From Mizuhopecten yessoensis (Eukaryota), in the NCBI RefSeq assembly GCF_002113885.1, contig NW_018407257.1:79945-143944 (forward strand): a stretch of 64,000 nucleotides of DNA, in the 5' to 3' direction. Of this stretch, positions 23,658 to 37,715 are shown piece by piece. Made by a program: the position numbers and the translations under genes. Under the pieces are notes generated by a model. It ran no database searches. It worked only from the letters and a program-made list of their open reading frames with translations, and was not told where the DNA came from. Numbering within the stretch: position 1 is the first letter of the stretch; each line of letters starts with the position of its first letter.

Positions 23658-25510
23658 GTAAGAAACTGAGTAGAACGATCGCATGCGTTTGCGAGAAATT
23701 CCAATATGGCGACGTCCATTGACCATGTGGAATTAAAACAGCTGGTCAATCGTAAAATAGTCTCACATTTCAAACATTTATAAATCAGACATTTTACGCA
23801 GAAACTAATCTAAATCCATTTAACTCACGCGAAAATTCATCATGTTTATGTCAGTAAAATATATACATAAAATATTTCAGGTTTCCGGGGGGGGGGGGAG
23901 TTTTCCACATTTCGATGAATTTATCTGTCCAGAACCACAAACTTCAAGATGATGAAAGTTGTCTGTGAAATGATTTGTTCATTTTAAAAGAAACCTTTGA
24001 TCTGTTATTTTACATTTTAATATTGACATTTTGACATTATATTACATGACCAGAAGTTTGATATTGTGAAACTGGAAAGGGAAAATGTAAAAGCCAGACA
24101 AGGATTCGAACCTGGGACCTCTGATGCATAAACATGAGTAAATTTTGAATATATATGTTCAGTTTGAGGTCAAATATGAGAGGAAAGGTAAAATATGACA
24201 GCCATCTGTACAGCATCATTAATACTCCTTGGCTTATACACTCACTCACGCTTTCTGCATCCCTGGATAATATGTCAAGGCAAAATTGAAGGAATGAAGA
24301 TAGCTATTCGGTTGATCTCAGTTAAAAAAACCTGAGTCCTGTCCTTTGAAGATTATAGAGGAGCAACACCTGGCTTCAAACTCAAAGCCAGTCAATTTTA
24401 CCATTTTGAGATTGTACATCAAAGGATCAAACTAGTTTCCTCTCCTCATCCACAAGGTGGAGAGTTCAGAGACTTTGATTTTGCTATTCCAGGGGTGCAA
24501 ATTAAAGAGCTTAAGTGATCGAGTGTATTGAGGACGCTCGTACAGAGATTCAAATCTGGTACCTCTGACGTACGTATACATTTAGTTTGGCTAACCAATG
24601 GAGCTACCTGGTCACTGGCGATCAACCTAGTTCAGGTTTGCTACAGTTGTACCAACATATAAAAGTCTTCTGTGAAAAAAATACCCCTATACTTTAACAT
24701 TCAGGTTTTTTACACATACTAACTGTCTGTAGTTTCCTGTGTTACCCGAGATCTGATGTAATGTCTGGTTGTTGTTGCATGGATTTTCGGTATGATTGAC
24801 CTTGATGTAACCTTCAGTGCACTGTCCGGGTATTGCTCACCTATAATTGATCATCTATAGAGAAAGTCCATGTTCACAGCACTTGCCTTTTTAAGAGTTC
24901 AAGTTCTGTTTTGTTAGTATGGATATTACACAGCTTTCTGGTAAGCAAGCTTTTCATAAAGAACAGGCAGCAGGCCTAAATTTCAGACTGGTTCACTTTT
25001 CATTTCACTTTTTCTTATATGTATCCTGCATAATCAAATACTAAAATTGGCTGATTAAAATGTCTTTAGTCCTGTTCAAATATTTAATTATACTCCAAAT
25101 ATAGATCAAAAGCTAGACAAAAAATGTATGTTTCCTGTAACATGTTGGAAAAATTTAGGGTAGGTAGGTAACAGATTGTATTGTAACAAATAATTGTGTA
25201 TGGTTTATATAGGAAAATGCTCTTGACTTTAACAGTGCTTCTTTGAAAATTGCCGTAAAAAATTAAGGTACCCGGTAGGTATGGTTACCGGAAACAGGAA
25301 ATTTATTTTTTGTTTGGCCAAATGAAATATTTGCACAGTTTTATGCTAGTTGGATGTTTTGTATTTCTACCAAGGATGGAGTAGAAGTTCCAGTGAAAGA
25401 TATAGAAACCATGGACCAAAAAAATGTAACTTATATAATCGCCAATGAGATCACACTATACGGACGATCAGCTGTAAGTTAAATTGATTCATATTATAAC
25501 AATTTTACAG

Positions 25511-25667
25511 TTCATGCTTGACTTGAAGAAGAAAAAGAAGAAGAAGAAGGTACCGTTTGATATGGACAGTGCTGAGACAACTGATGGGCCAGCATCCCAG
25601 ACAGACGCTACAGATGAACTAAATGAGGAACAAGAAAAACCTGAAAAGTCAGAAAAAATAGACGATG
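25511..25667 (+). CDS. EIF2S2: eIF2 beta, exon 2 (K-box 1)
   Basis: FMLDLKKKKKKKKVPFDMD...; TTTTACAG acceptor, GTAAGC donor. Confidence 0.92.
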
Positions 25668-26033
25668 GTAAGCTCATCACAATCTATGTTATGTATTATA
25701 AGGCTCTTTCAATTGCAAATTCCAAATATTCAAGTTAAAATAAAAAAGATTTTCATTTCAATTTTGTTTCAACTTCATGGGCATATATATGGTTTCAGTG
25801 AGATTTATGGATTTTTGTTTTTAAGAATTTGTCATTTTACATAGCAATCCTATGAGAAGCTATAATGACACATATAATTTGTGTCTTCGAATTGTTGACA
25901 AGAAATAAGTGAAGAAAAGTATGTTACTTGCTAAATGAATGGACTCATCATGAACTGACCAGATTGACCAGTGGCTCAATCCACCTTGGTGCTTGTATCA
26001 GGCTTTCTCTGAATGTCTTCATTTCATTTGCAG

Positions 26034-26119
26034 ACATGTCCTTTGACTTCACAAATACAAAGAAAAAGAAGAAGAAGAAGAAGGCATTTGACATGGACGA
26101 TGTGGGTGAGGCTTTACCT
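26034..26119 (+). CDS. EIF2S2: eIF2 beta, exon 3 (K-box 2)
   Basis: DMSFDFTNTKKKKKKKKAFDMDDVGEALP; TTGCAG acceptor, GTAAGT donor. Confidence 0.92.
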
Positions 26120-27116
26120 GTAAGTATTGACTAATTGCTTTTGATTTTCAGGAAACTGTTCATGATTAAGTTGTGTAATGTTTTCCCTAAAAGGGTTATG
26201 TATATCATGGAAAAGAATCCTCATGTAAAGGGGTGTGCACAATGGAATTTTTTTTCCTATTTTTTGGTAATCTGATCAGACTTTAAACATTAAATAAAGT
26301 AGTAATTGTTTTGGGGGGGGGAAAAGTATGGAAACTTATTGTGATTTTTTTGGGGGGACGGGAGGGGCAGGATGACAGGTAGCTGCTGGAGCGGTAGCTT
26401 CTAGGCACGATCGTTCAATCTTTTTTTAAAAACCATTATGATCGGACCAATTGTCTATGGTCCGATAATACAAAAAAACACCAAAAAAACCCAAAAACAA
26501 TCAGGCCTAGAAGCTACGGTTCCCGCAGCTAGGCAGACAGGGTGTTACTTCATTAAGTTTAAACTTGATTTTGCACTTAATTATGTAATACCTAGTTTGC
26601 TTTGATCATAGTTAAGTGTGCCAATTTAGGGATGAAATTGAGACTTTTTGACTGAATGTGAATTCAAAGACCAATTTGGGAATAAAAATGTCCATGTTGC
26701 TTGTGAATAGGGTCATTATCTGACCTAGTTCACAAAGGCGGGGGGAAAAAACCACGGAAAGTATGGAAAGTATAGTCATTATCGTGTATTTGTTATTAAA
26801 TTAGGGATGGGAATTTATAGAAGAAAAAAATCAAACTTAGCTTTTGCATAAAATCTCCTGAAATTGTTGTTTCTTTGACTTAAAAATAATGTTGACCCGT
26901 AGCATGTGTCACAATATCAGCAATGCACATGATCTGACAATTGTGATAATCTCAACATGTGTTTTTGTGTCATAATAACCTAGACACACAGGACGGTACA
27001 AATAAAAAATGACTGGCATTTGTTCACAGTGCCTATTGAGTTCATTGGAGATGATCAGTTTGAATGAAATCAAACACCAAAAGTTAATTAGCACTAATAT
27101 GTCCTCCTAGAAGGTG

Positions 27117-30100
27117 ATACACAACCCAGATCAGGCCAACTGGTTACTGCTCTATATATAATCATACACAACCCAGATCAGTCCCACGGGTTACTGCTCT
27201 ATATATAATCATACACAACCCAGATCAGTCCCACGGGTTACTGCTCTGTTATATAATCATACACAACCCAGATCAGTCCCACGGGTTACTGCTCTGTTAT
27301 ATAATCATACACAACCCAGATCAGTCCCACGGGTTACTGCTCTGTTATATAATCATACACAACCCAGATCAGTCCCACGGGTTACTGCTCTGTTATATAA
27401 TCATACACAACCCAGATCAGTCCCACGGGTTACTGCTCTGTTATATAATCATACACAACCCAGATCAGTCCCACGGGTTACTGCTCTGTTATATAATCAT
27501 ACACAACCCAGATCAGTCCCACGGGTTACTGCTCTGTTATATAATCATACACAACCCAGATCAGTCCCACGGGTTACTGCTCTGTTATATAATCATACAC
27601 AACCCAGATCAGTCCCACGGGTTACTGCTCTGTTATATAATCATACACAACCCAGATCAGTCCCACGGGTTACTGCTCTGTTATATAATCATACACAACC
27701 CAGATCAGTCCCACGGGTTACTGCTCTGTTATATAATCATACACAACCCAGATCAGTCCCACGGGTTACTGCTCTGTTATATAATCATACACAACCCAGA
27801 TCAGTCCCACGGGTTACTGCTCTGTTATATAATCATACACAACCCAGATCAGTCCCACGGGTTACTGCTCTGTTATATAATCATACACAACCCAGATCAG
27901 TCCCACGGGTTACTGCTCTGTTATATAATCATACACAACCCAGATCAGTCCCACGGGTTACTGCTCTGTTATATAATCATACACAACCCAGATCAGTCCC
28001 ACGGGTTACTGCTCTGTTATATAATCATACACAACCCAGATCAGTCCCACGGGTTACTGCTCTGTTATATAATCATACACAACCCAGATCAGTCCCACGG
28101 GTTACTGCTCTGTTATATAATCATACACAACCCAGATCAGTCCCACGGGTTACTGCTCTGTTATATAATCATACACAACCCAGATCAGTCCCACGGGTTA
28201 CTGCTCTGTTATATAATCATACACAACCCAGATCAGTCCCACGGGTTACTGCTCTGTTATATAATCATACACAACCCAGATCAGTCCCACGGGTTACTGC
28301 TCTGTTATATAATCATACACAACCCAGATCAGTCCCACGGGTTACTGCTCTGTTATATAATCATACACAACCCAGATCAGTCCCACGGGTTACTGCTCTG
28401 TTATATAATCATACACAACCCAGATCAGTCCCACGGGTTACTGCTCTGTTATATAATCATACACAACCCAGATCAGTCCCACGGGTTACTGCTCTGTTAT
28501 ATAATCATACACAACCCAGATCAGTCCCACGGGTTACTGCTCTGTTATATAATCATACACAACCCAGATCAGTCCCACGGGTTACTGCTCTGTTATATAA
28601 TCATACACAACCCAGATCAGTCCCACGGGTTACTGCTCTGTTATATAATCATACACAACCCAGATCAGTCCCACGGGTTACTGCTCTGTTATATAATCAT
28701 ACACAACCCAGATCAGTCCCACGGGTTACTGCTCTGTTATATAATCATACACAACCCAGATCAGTCCCACGGGTTACTGCTCTGTTATATAATCATACAC
28801 AACCCAGATCAGTCCCACGGGTTACTGCTCTGTTATATAATCATACACAACCCAGATCAGTCCCACGGGTTACTGCTCTGTTATATAATCATACACAACC
28901 CAGATCAGTCCCACGGGTTACTGCTCTGTTATATAATCATACACAACCCAGATCAGTCCCACGGGTTACTGCTCTGTTATATAATCATACACAACCCAGA
29001 TCAGTCCCACGGGTTACTGCTCTGTTATATAATCATACACAACCCAGATCAGTCCCACGGGTTACTGCTCTGTTATATAATCATACACAACCCAGATCAG
29101 TCCCACGGGTTACTGCTCTGTTATATAATCATACACAACCCAGATCAGTCCCACGGGTTACTGCTCTGTTATATAATCATACACAACCCAGATCAGTCCC
29201 ACGGGTTACTGCTCTGTTATATAATCATACACAACCCAGATCAGTCCCACGGGTTACTGCTCTGTTATATAATCATACACAACCCAGATCAGTCCCACGG
29301 GTTACTGCTCTGTTATATAATCATACACAACCCAGATCAGTCCCACGGGTTACTGCTCTGTTATATAATCATACACAACCCAGATCAGTCCCACGGGTTA
29401 CTGCTCTGTTATATAATCATACACAACCCAGATCAGTCCCACGGGTTACTGCTCTGTTATATAATCATACACAACCCAGATCAGTCCCACGGGTTACTGC
29501 TCTGTTATATAATCATACACAACCCAGATCAGTCCCACGGGTTACTGCTCTGTTATATAATCATACACAACCCAGATCAGTCCCACGGGTTACTGCTCTG
29601 TTATATAATCATACACAACCCAGATCAGTCCCACGGGTTACTGCTCTGTTATATAATCATACACAACCCAGATCAGTCCCACGGGTTACTGCTCTGTTAT
29701 ATAATCATACACAACCCAGATCAGTCCCACGGGTTACTGCTCTGTTATATAATCATACACAACCCAGATCAGTCCCACGGGTTACTGCTCTGTTATATAA
29801 TCATACACAACCCAGATCAGTCCCACGGGTTACTGCTCTGTTATATAATCATACACAACCCAGATCAGTCCCACGGGTTACTGCTCTGTTATATAATCAT
29901 ACACAACCCAGATCAGTCCCACGGGTTACTGCTCTGTTATATAATCATACACAACCCAGATCAGTCCCACGGGTTACTGCTCTGTTATATAATCATACAC
30001 AACCCAGATCAGTCCCACGGGTTACTGCTCTGTTATATAATCATACACAACCCAGATCAGTCCCACGGGTTACTGCTCTGTTATATAATCATACACAACC

Positions 30101-32402
30101 CAGATCAGTCCCACGGGTTACTGCTCTGTTATATAATCATACACAACCCAGATCAGTCCCACGGGTTACTGCTCTGTTATATAATCATACACAACCCAGA
30201 TCAGTCCCACGGGTTACTGCTCTGTTATATAATCATACACAACCCAGATCAGTCCCACGGGTTACTGCTCTGTTATATAATCATACACAACCCAGATCAG
30301 TCCCACGGGTTACTGCTCTGTTATATAATCATACACAACCCAGATCAGTCCCACGGGTTACTGCTCTGTTATATAATCATACACAACCCAGATCAGTCCC
30401 ACGGGTTACTGCTCTGTTATATAATCATACACAACCCAGATCAGTCCCACGGGTTACTGCTCTGTTATATAATCATACACAACCCAGATCAGTCCCACGG
30501 GTTACTGCTCTGTTATATAATCATACACAACCCAGATCAGTCCCACGGGTTACTGCTCTGTTATATAATCATACACAACCCAGATCAGTCCCACGGGTTA
30601 CTGCTCTGTTATATAATCATACACAACCCAGATCAGTCCCACGGGTTACTGCTCTGTTATATAATCATACACAACCCAGATCAGTCCCACGGGTTACTGC
30701 TCTGTTATATAATCATACACAACCCAGATCAGTCCCACGGGTTACTGCTCTGTTATATAATCATACACAACCCAGATCAGTCCCACGGGTTACTGCTCTG
30801 TTATATAATCATACACAACCCAGATCAGTCCCACGGGTTACTGCTCTGTTATATAATCATACACAACCCAGATCAGTCCCACGGGTTACTGCTCTGTTAT
30901 ATAATCATACACAACCCAGATCAGTCCCACGGGTTACTGCTCTGTTATATAATCATACACAACCCAGATCAGTCCCACGGGTTACTGCTCTGTTATATAA
31001 TCATACACAACCCAGATCAGTCCCACGGGTTACTGCTCTGTTATATAATCATACACAACCCAGATCAGTCCCACGGGTTACTGCTCTGTTATATAATCAT
31101 ACACAACCCAGATCAGTCCCACGGGTTACTGCTCTGTTATATAATCATACACAACCCAGATCAGTCCCACGGGTTACTGCTCTGTTATATAATCATACAC
31201 AACCCAGATCAGTCCCACGGGTTACTGCTCTGTTATATAATCATACACAACCCAGATCAGTCCCACGGGTTACTGCTCTGTTATATAATCATACACAACC
31301 CAGATCAGTCCCACGGGTTACTGCTCTGTTATATAATCATACACAACCCAGATCAGTCCCACGGGTTACTGCTCTGTTATATAATCATACACAACCCAGA
31401 TCAGTCCCACGGGTTACTGCTCTGTTATATAATCATACACAACCCAGATCAGTCCCACGGGTTACTGCTCTGTTATATAATCATACACAACCCAGATCAG
31501 TCCCACGGGTTACTGCTCTGTTATATAATCATACACAACCCAGATCAGTCCCACGGGTTACTGCTCTGTTATATAATCATACACAACCCAGATCAGTCCC
31601 ACGGGTTACTGCTCTGTTATATAATCATACACAACCCAGATCAGTCCCACGGGTTACTGCTCTGTTATATAATCATACACAACCCAGATCAGTCCCACGG
31701 GTTACTGCTCTGTTATATAATCATACACAACCCAGATCAGTCCCACGGGTTACTGCTCTGTTATATAATCATACACAACCCAGATCAGTCCCACGGGTTA
31801 CTGCTCTGTTATATAATCATACACAACCCAGATCAGTCCCACGGGTTACTGCTCTGTTATATAATCATACACAACCCAGATCAGTCCCACGGGTTACTGC
31901 TCTGTTATATAATCATACACAACCCAGATCAGTCCCACGGGTTACTGCTCTGTTATATAATCATACACAACCCAGATCAGTCCCACGGGTTACTGCTCTG
32001 TTATATAATCATACACAACCCAGATCAGTCCCACGGGTTACTGCTCTGTTATATAATCATACACAACCCAGATCAGTCCCACGGGTTACTGCTCTGTTAT
32101 ATAATCATACACAACCCAGATCAGTCCCACGGGTTACTGCTCTGTTATATAATCATACACAACCCAGATCAGTCCCACGGGTTACTGCTCTGTTATATAA
32201 TCATACACAACCCAGATCAGTCCCACGGGTTACTGCTCTGTTATATAATCATACACAACCCAGATCAGTCCCACGGGTTACTGCTCTGTTATATAATCAT
32301 ACACAACCCAGATCAGTCCCACGGGTTACTGCTCTGTTATATAATCATACACAACCCAGATCAGTCCCACGGGTTACTGCTCTGTTATATAATCATACAC
32401 AA
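27117..32402. repeat. 48-bp satellite array, about 110 copies, in EIF2S2 intron 3
   Basis: Unit ATACACAACCCAGATCAGTCCCACGGGTTACTGCTCTGTTATATAATC; appears invariant after the first two units. Confidence 0.98.
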
Positions 32403-32781
32403 AAGGAAACCCTTCATAGTGCACCTGTATAGAGTAAGGTCAGACGAAAAAATTGATGTGTTTCCTGTAAAATGTTGGACAAATTTAGGGTAGGTAGGTA
32501 GGTAACAAACTTGATTTTAACAAATAATTTATATGGTTTATATAGGAGAGTGATCTTGAATTTAAAAATTTTTAAATATTTTTTGTCTGGTCTTACTTTA
32601 CGGGTTAGATCACCTATAACATTCAAGGCAAATCCTTGCCATAGAATGCAAGCTGTTGTTAGCAGGTTTATTTATAGTTGTATGATGTTAAACTTTGTGT
32701 TGGATAGCAAATTAGTTTGCCCCTTAGATGTTTATATTTGTACACACATGTAATCAAAACTACATTTATATACACTTACAG

Positions 32782-32950
32782 GAGTCAACTGAAAACACAG
32801 AAACTCCAGCCTACCAAGATGGACAGGATGCAGTGACCACAGATGATCTGACTGGCGACTTCAACCTTGACCTCCCACAAAGGAAGAAAAAGAAGAAGAA
32901 GAAGAATGTGGACTTTGAGGCCATAGAGGATCCTGACGAAGCAGATGACG
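32782..32950 (+). CDS. EIF2S2: eIF2 beta, exon 4 (K-box 3)
   Basis: ESTENT...DLPQRKKKKKKKNVDFEAIEDPDEADD; phase 0-1. Confidence 0.9.
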
Positions 32951-33170
32951 GTGGGACATATATGTTTTGTTCCAATAGTCAAGGGTTTCAATATTGCTGT
33001 AGCTAACTTTTTCATGATCTCTAGATCTACATCATTTGAAAAACCTTATATTTGGAAAAAGTGTTGCATTTCTTGTTAAGACTTCAAAATATGTAAATGC
33101 CTCAATTGATCGCAAGCTAAGCTTTTGGAAAAAATAGAATCATAGGAAAACTCATCAATACTGAAAAAGG

Positions 33171-33477
33171 TAGCTTTAGTAGACATTTTAAATGAGTTTA
33201 AGGGATGGGGTAGGTAGCTTTAGTAGACATTTTAAATGAGTTTAAGGGATGGGGTAGGTAGCTTTAGTAGACATTTTAAATGAGTTTAAGGGATGGGGTA
33301 GTTAGCTTTAGTAGACATTTTAAATGAGTTTAAGGGATGGGGTAGTTAGCTTTAGTAGACATTTTAAATGAGTTTAAGGGATGGGGTAGGTAGCTTTAGT
33401 AGACATTTTAAATGAGTTTAAGGGATGGGGTAGGTAGCTTTAGTAGACATTTTAAATGAGTTTAAGGGATGGGGTGT
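33171..33477. repeat. 44-bp tandem repeat, about 7 copies
   Basis: TAGCTTTAGTAGACATTTTAAATGAGTTTAAGGGATGGGGTAGG. Confidence 0.95.
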
Positions 33478-33620
33478 TCTGAAAAATGTTTTGTGCTTCA
33501 TGTAAGGGATTGGGCTGTAAATAGTTTGAACACAATGTTACTGGGTGTGCATAATAAATAGATGGGGCTGGACCTCAGGAAACAAATGGACAGTTTAATA
33601 ATAAGTAATCTTTTTTTCAG

Positions 33621-33715
33621 ATGATACCATAGATGCCAGGGATGACAGAGTGTCTGGTAACGTTCCTGAGGGTAAATCCTGGCTCGGATCAGATAGAGAT
33701 TACACATATGACGAG
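33621..33715 (+). CDS. EIF2S2: eIF2 beta, exon 5
   Basis: DDTIDARDDRVSGNVPEGKSWLGSDRDYTYDE, with the conserved W-x-G-S-x-R-D-Y-T-Y-x-E motif; TTTTTCAG acceptor, GTGAGG donor. Confidence 0.93.
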
Positions 33716-34378
33716 GTGAGGGTCATTTAAATCTAGGAATAGCAGGTCAGATTGTCTGGTAACATTCTTGAGGGTAAATCCTGGCTCGGATCAGATAGAG
33801 ATTACACATATGACGAGGTGAGGGTCATTTAAATCTAGGAATAGCAGGTCAGGTTGTCTGGTAGCGTTCCTGAGGGTAAATCCTGGCTCGGATCAGATAG
33901 AGATTACACATATGACGAAGTGAGGGTCATTTAAATCTAAGAATAGCGGGTCAGATTGTCTGGTAACGTTATTGAGGGTAAATCCTGGCTGAGGTCAGAT
34001 AAAGTTTACTCGTATGACGAGATGAGGGTCATTTAAATCTAAGAATAGCAGGCCAGATTGTCTGGTAACGTTCTTGAGGGTAAATCCTGGCCGAGGTCGG
34101 ATAGAGTTTACTCATATGACGAGATGAGGGTCATTTAAATCTAAGAATAGCAGGCCAGATTGTCTGTAGCATTCCTGAGGGTAAATCCTGGCTGGGGTTG
34201 GATAGAAATTACACATATGACGAGGTGAGGGTCATTTAAATCCACAATTAGAGATACAAAGTGTCTGGTAACATTACCGAGGGTAAATTCTGGCTCGGAT
34301 CAGATATAGATTACACATATGATGAGGTGGGGGTAATTTAAACTAAGAATAGCGGGACAGATTGTCTGGTAACATTCT
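33650..34378 (+). repeat. 102-bp tandem repeat of the EIF2S2 exon-5 3' half plus its donor site, about 7 copies
   Basis: Repeated GTCTGGTAAC..GAGGGTAAATCCTGGCTCGGATCAGATAGAGATTACACATATGACGAG|GTGAGGGTCATTTAAA. Confidence 0.95.
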
Positions 34379-34626
34379 GACGCCTAATGCTGGTGGGTGT
34401 TGTGTCAGTAATAATGAAAATTCTTCATATCTACCATGATAATATAGATGGGCTACTAGGGCTTGTAGAATTTTTGAAAATCTGCCTTTGTACTAGTAAT
34501 CTAAATAACAAATTGGACACCCCTGTACGTGTATCATTGCCCCATGTATTTGTGGAAACATTTGTATTGTTTTGTGTCTACATTGAAATACATGTATGTG
34601 TATCTGTATTGTTTTTACCTCGACAG

Positions 34627-34775
34627 TTGTTATCCAGAGTGTTCGACATCATCAGGGAGAAGAATCCAGACATGGTTGCTGGTGAAAAGAAAATTTTCAA
34701 AATGCGGCCGCCACAGGTCCTTAAAGTTGGAACTAGGAAAACGTCGTTTGCTAACTTTGCAGATATTTGTAGATT
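34627..34775 (+). CDS. EIF2S2: eIF2 beta, exon 6
   Basis: [49 protein letters not shown]. Confidence 0.97.
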
Positions 34776-35604
34776 GTAAGTACCATTTTAATAAAAAAAT
34801 TGAAATATCTCCATAGAAACTGATTCAGTTTTCCAGCTGTGTTTACAGAAATTTCTATGGACTGTATAGTGAAATGACAATTTCTTCCACAATCGGTGGT
34901 GGTTCCATCACAAGCCACATCTACTAGACTTTGGTGGGACAGTCATAGCTCTATATTCTTATATCACGCTACCACAATTGAAACAATTTGGACAGTTTTC
35001 CACTGTTATTTTGAAATTCAGATCTTGTATCAGGAATGTTTCCTGATTCATGACAGAGACTACATATGGTTCTTTTCAGGAAAAGTTTTGATTTTAAAGT
35101 AATTTGTTTTTGAAAATATTAATGCTAAATTTGCAGTGAGATTTCGCTCTTTTTTCAGCCATGAACAGTACCCAAATTGGTACACCATATCACATGCTCT
35201 GAGACTTTTTTTTATTATTCTACTACTGATATGCCGTTTGCAACAAAATTATATTGTTTTTATAAATACCACACTGAACTACATTTGTAAACAGTCATAG
35301 TGTACTCTTCAAATGTTGCTGTAAACAAAACTATTCTGTGGAAATGCTGATAAGTATCTCCATTGTTATACCATCAGGGGATATTATACAAGTTTTATTT
35401 AAAAGTAATATTCGAACCATTTTCTGCCGGTGTACCAATTTGGGTAGTCACTTGCTCTGTGATGTTATCAGCAAAAGTGATGGCAACCACGGTAAAAAAT
35501 AATCCAGTATCAAACCCTTACTATCACCTGGATGGGAAACAACCTGTCAAGTATTGATTAAGGTGAAGTCCCTTTTGAATAGTGCCTATACTGGCATGTG
35601 TTAA

Positions 35605-35687
35605 CCCTTTCACCCCTATGTAACTTTAGTAAACTCTACCATGCAATGATCTAGGCGAGTCCATTATGGTCCATAGTGGTGAAAGGG
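35605..35687. mobile_element. 83-bp piggyBac-type MITE, copy 2
   Basis: TTAA|CCCTTTCACC...GGTGAAAGGG|TTAA; body homologous to 1684-1766. Confidence 0.8.
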
Positions 35688-35750
35688 TTAAAAGCTCCTA
35701 TCTTCTACCTATCTCCATGTAAACGTAACCCTGTTCAATTTCTCTTGCAG

Positions 35751-35807
35751 TTTACACAGACAGCCCAAACATGTCCTCGCGTTTTTGTTGGCAGAATTGG
35801 GAACAAG
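35751..35807 (+). CDS. EIF2S2: eIF2 beta, exon 7
   Basis: LHRQPKHVLAFLLAELGT; phase 2-2. Confidence 0.95.
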
Positions 35808-36259
35808 GTTTGTTGGTTTATTATTACCACACTGTTCTTATATACATAGAACACCTATTTATGTTTCTGGTATAATTATATCATGAGGAGGATTTTAGCT
35901 CACCAGTCCATGTCCTACATTGCCCATCTGTTTATGTCTACTTTTCCTTAGATAGACTCGTTCAGAATTAATGGAGGGATTTGGATTGCGACAGAGAATC
36001 CCTAGGTCAAAGAGTTTCAATGTTGTAAAAATTAAGGTTATGGTCCCTCTAAAGCGAACATTTTGAAGGTGACTTAATAAGATATGGACGAATGAATGTT
36101 AATGCAATTAGGTGTGTATTTCAAGCATCTTTATGCATTTGCTAATACTGTTAAATAAAAGGACAAGGATACAGGCCAATGGTGCCTTTTGTTCCATCTG
36201 TAGTTTTCCTGTTTAATAGTTAGATATCATGTGTTAAGTTGATTTTATATTTTTTTCAG

Positions 36260-36345
36260 TGGATCTGTTGACGGAAATAACCAGCTGGTCATAAGAGGAA
36301 AGTACAACCAGAAACAAATTGAAAACGTTCTTAGGCGATATATCA
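36260..36345 (+). CDS. EIF2S2: eIF2 beta, exon 8
   Basis: [29 protein letters not shown]; GTAAGT donor. Confidence 0.96.
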
Positions 36346-37265
36346 GTAAGTATTAGTTAGTATTGACGATATATCAGTAAGTATTAGTTAGTAGTGACGA
36401 TATATCAGTAAGTATTAGTTAGTTATATCAGTAAGTATTAGTTAGTATTGACGATATATCAGTAAGTATTAGTTAGTATTGACGATATATCAGTAAGTAT
36501 TAATTGATTTTACTTGACATTGACGATATATCAGTAAGAATTTGTTAGTTTTACTTGACATTGACGATATATCAGTAAGTATTAGTTACTTATATCAGTA
36601 AGTATTAGTTACTTATATCAGTAAGTATTTGATCATTTTTCTTGACATTGACGATATGTCAGTAAGTATTTGTTAGTTTTTCATGACATTGGCGATATAT
36701 CAGTAAGTAGTTGTTGATTTTACTTGACATTGACAATATATCAGTAAGAATTGGTTAGTTTTACTTGACATTGACAATATATCAGTAAGTATTCGTTAGT
36801 ATTGACGATATATCAGTAGTGATTGATAGGTATATCAGTAAGTATTAGTTAGTAATGACGATATATCAGTAAGTATTAATTGATTTTGCTTGACATCGAC
36901 GATATATCAGTAGGTATTAGTTAGTTATATCAGTAAGTATTAATTGATTTTGCTTGACATCGACGATATATCAGTACGTATTAGTTAGTATTGACGAAAT
37001 ATCCGTAAGAATTAGTTAGTATTGACGAAATATCCGTAAGAATTAGTTAGTATTGACGATATATCAGTAGGTATTAGTTAGTTATATCAGTAAGTATTTG
37101 ATCATTTTTCTTGACATTGGCGATATATCAGTAAGCATTAATTGATTTTACTTGACATTAACAATATATCAGTAAGTATTAATTGATTTTGCTTGACATC
37201 GACGATATATCAGTACGTATTAGTTAGTATTTACGATATATCAGTAAGGATTTGTTAGTTTTACT
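36336..37265 (+). repeat. 22-41-bp tandem repeat of the EIF2S2 exon-8 end plus its donor site
   Basis: Repeated GACGATATATCA|GTAAGTATTAGTTAGTATT. Confidence 0.93.
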
Positions 37266-37715
37266 TACATTAAGACATTCTTAATGTTATGATCAGGGAT
37301 GCCAGTTTTTGAGTAATTTATGTACGAACAAGTACAGTGTACAGTCTGAACTAAGCTAAGGTTCCCCACTTTGTAGGGTACTTTAAAACATGTCAATGTG
37401 TATGGTAATTTATAACATGTCAATTTGTAGGGTACTTTATAACATGTCAATGTGTAGAGTACTATGTAGGGTACTTTATAACATGTCAATGTGCAAGCAA
37501 CTCTAGTTACAAAGTAGCAATGCACACTACATTAGCTATCAAAAGACAATGTGCAGATTTAAACTAGCTATCATAAGACAATGTGCATATCTACATTAGC
37601 TATTCAAAGACAATATACAGTTTACACTAGCTAATGTGCAGTAACAAAATAGAGAAATATATCTGGTGTCAACAGTTACAAAAAATGTGAAATATGGCTT
37701 TAATTCTGTTTCCAG

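Noticed and set aside
23706-23760. Alternative EIF2S2 start MATSIDHVELKQ
   Set aside because: No good in-phase donor. MAEDES|GTAAGA at 23640-23657 fits better, and AATATGGCG here is more likely an intronic YY1-type motif.
27117-32402. CRISPR-like array
   Set aside because: Contiguous identical units with no unique spacers, no cas genes, and located in a eukaryotic intron.
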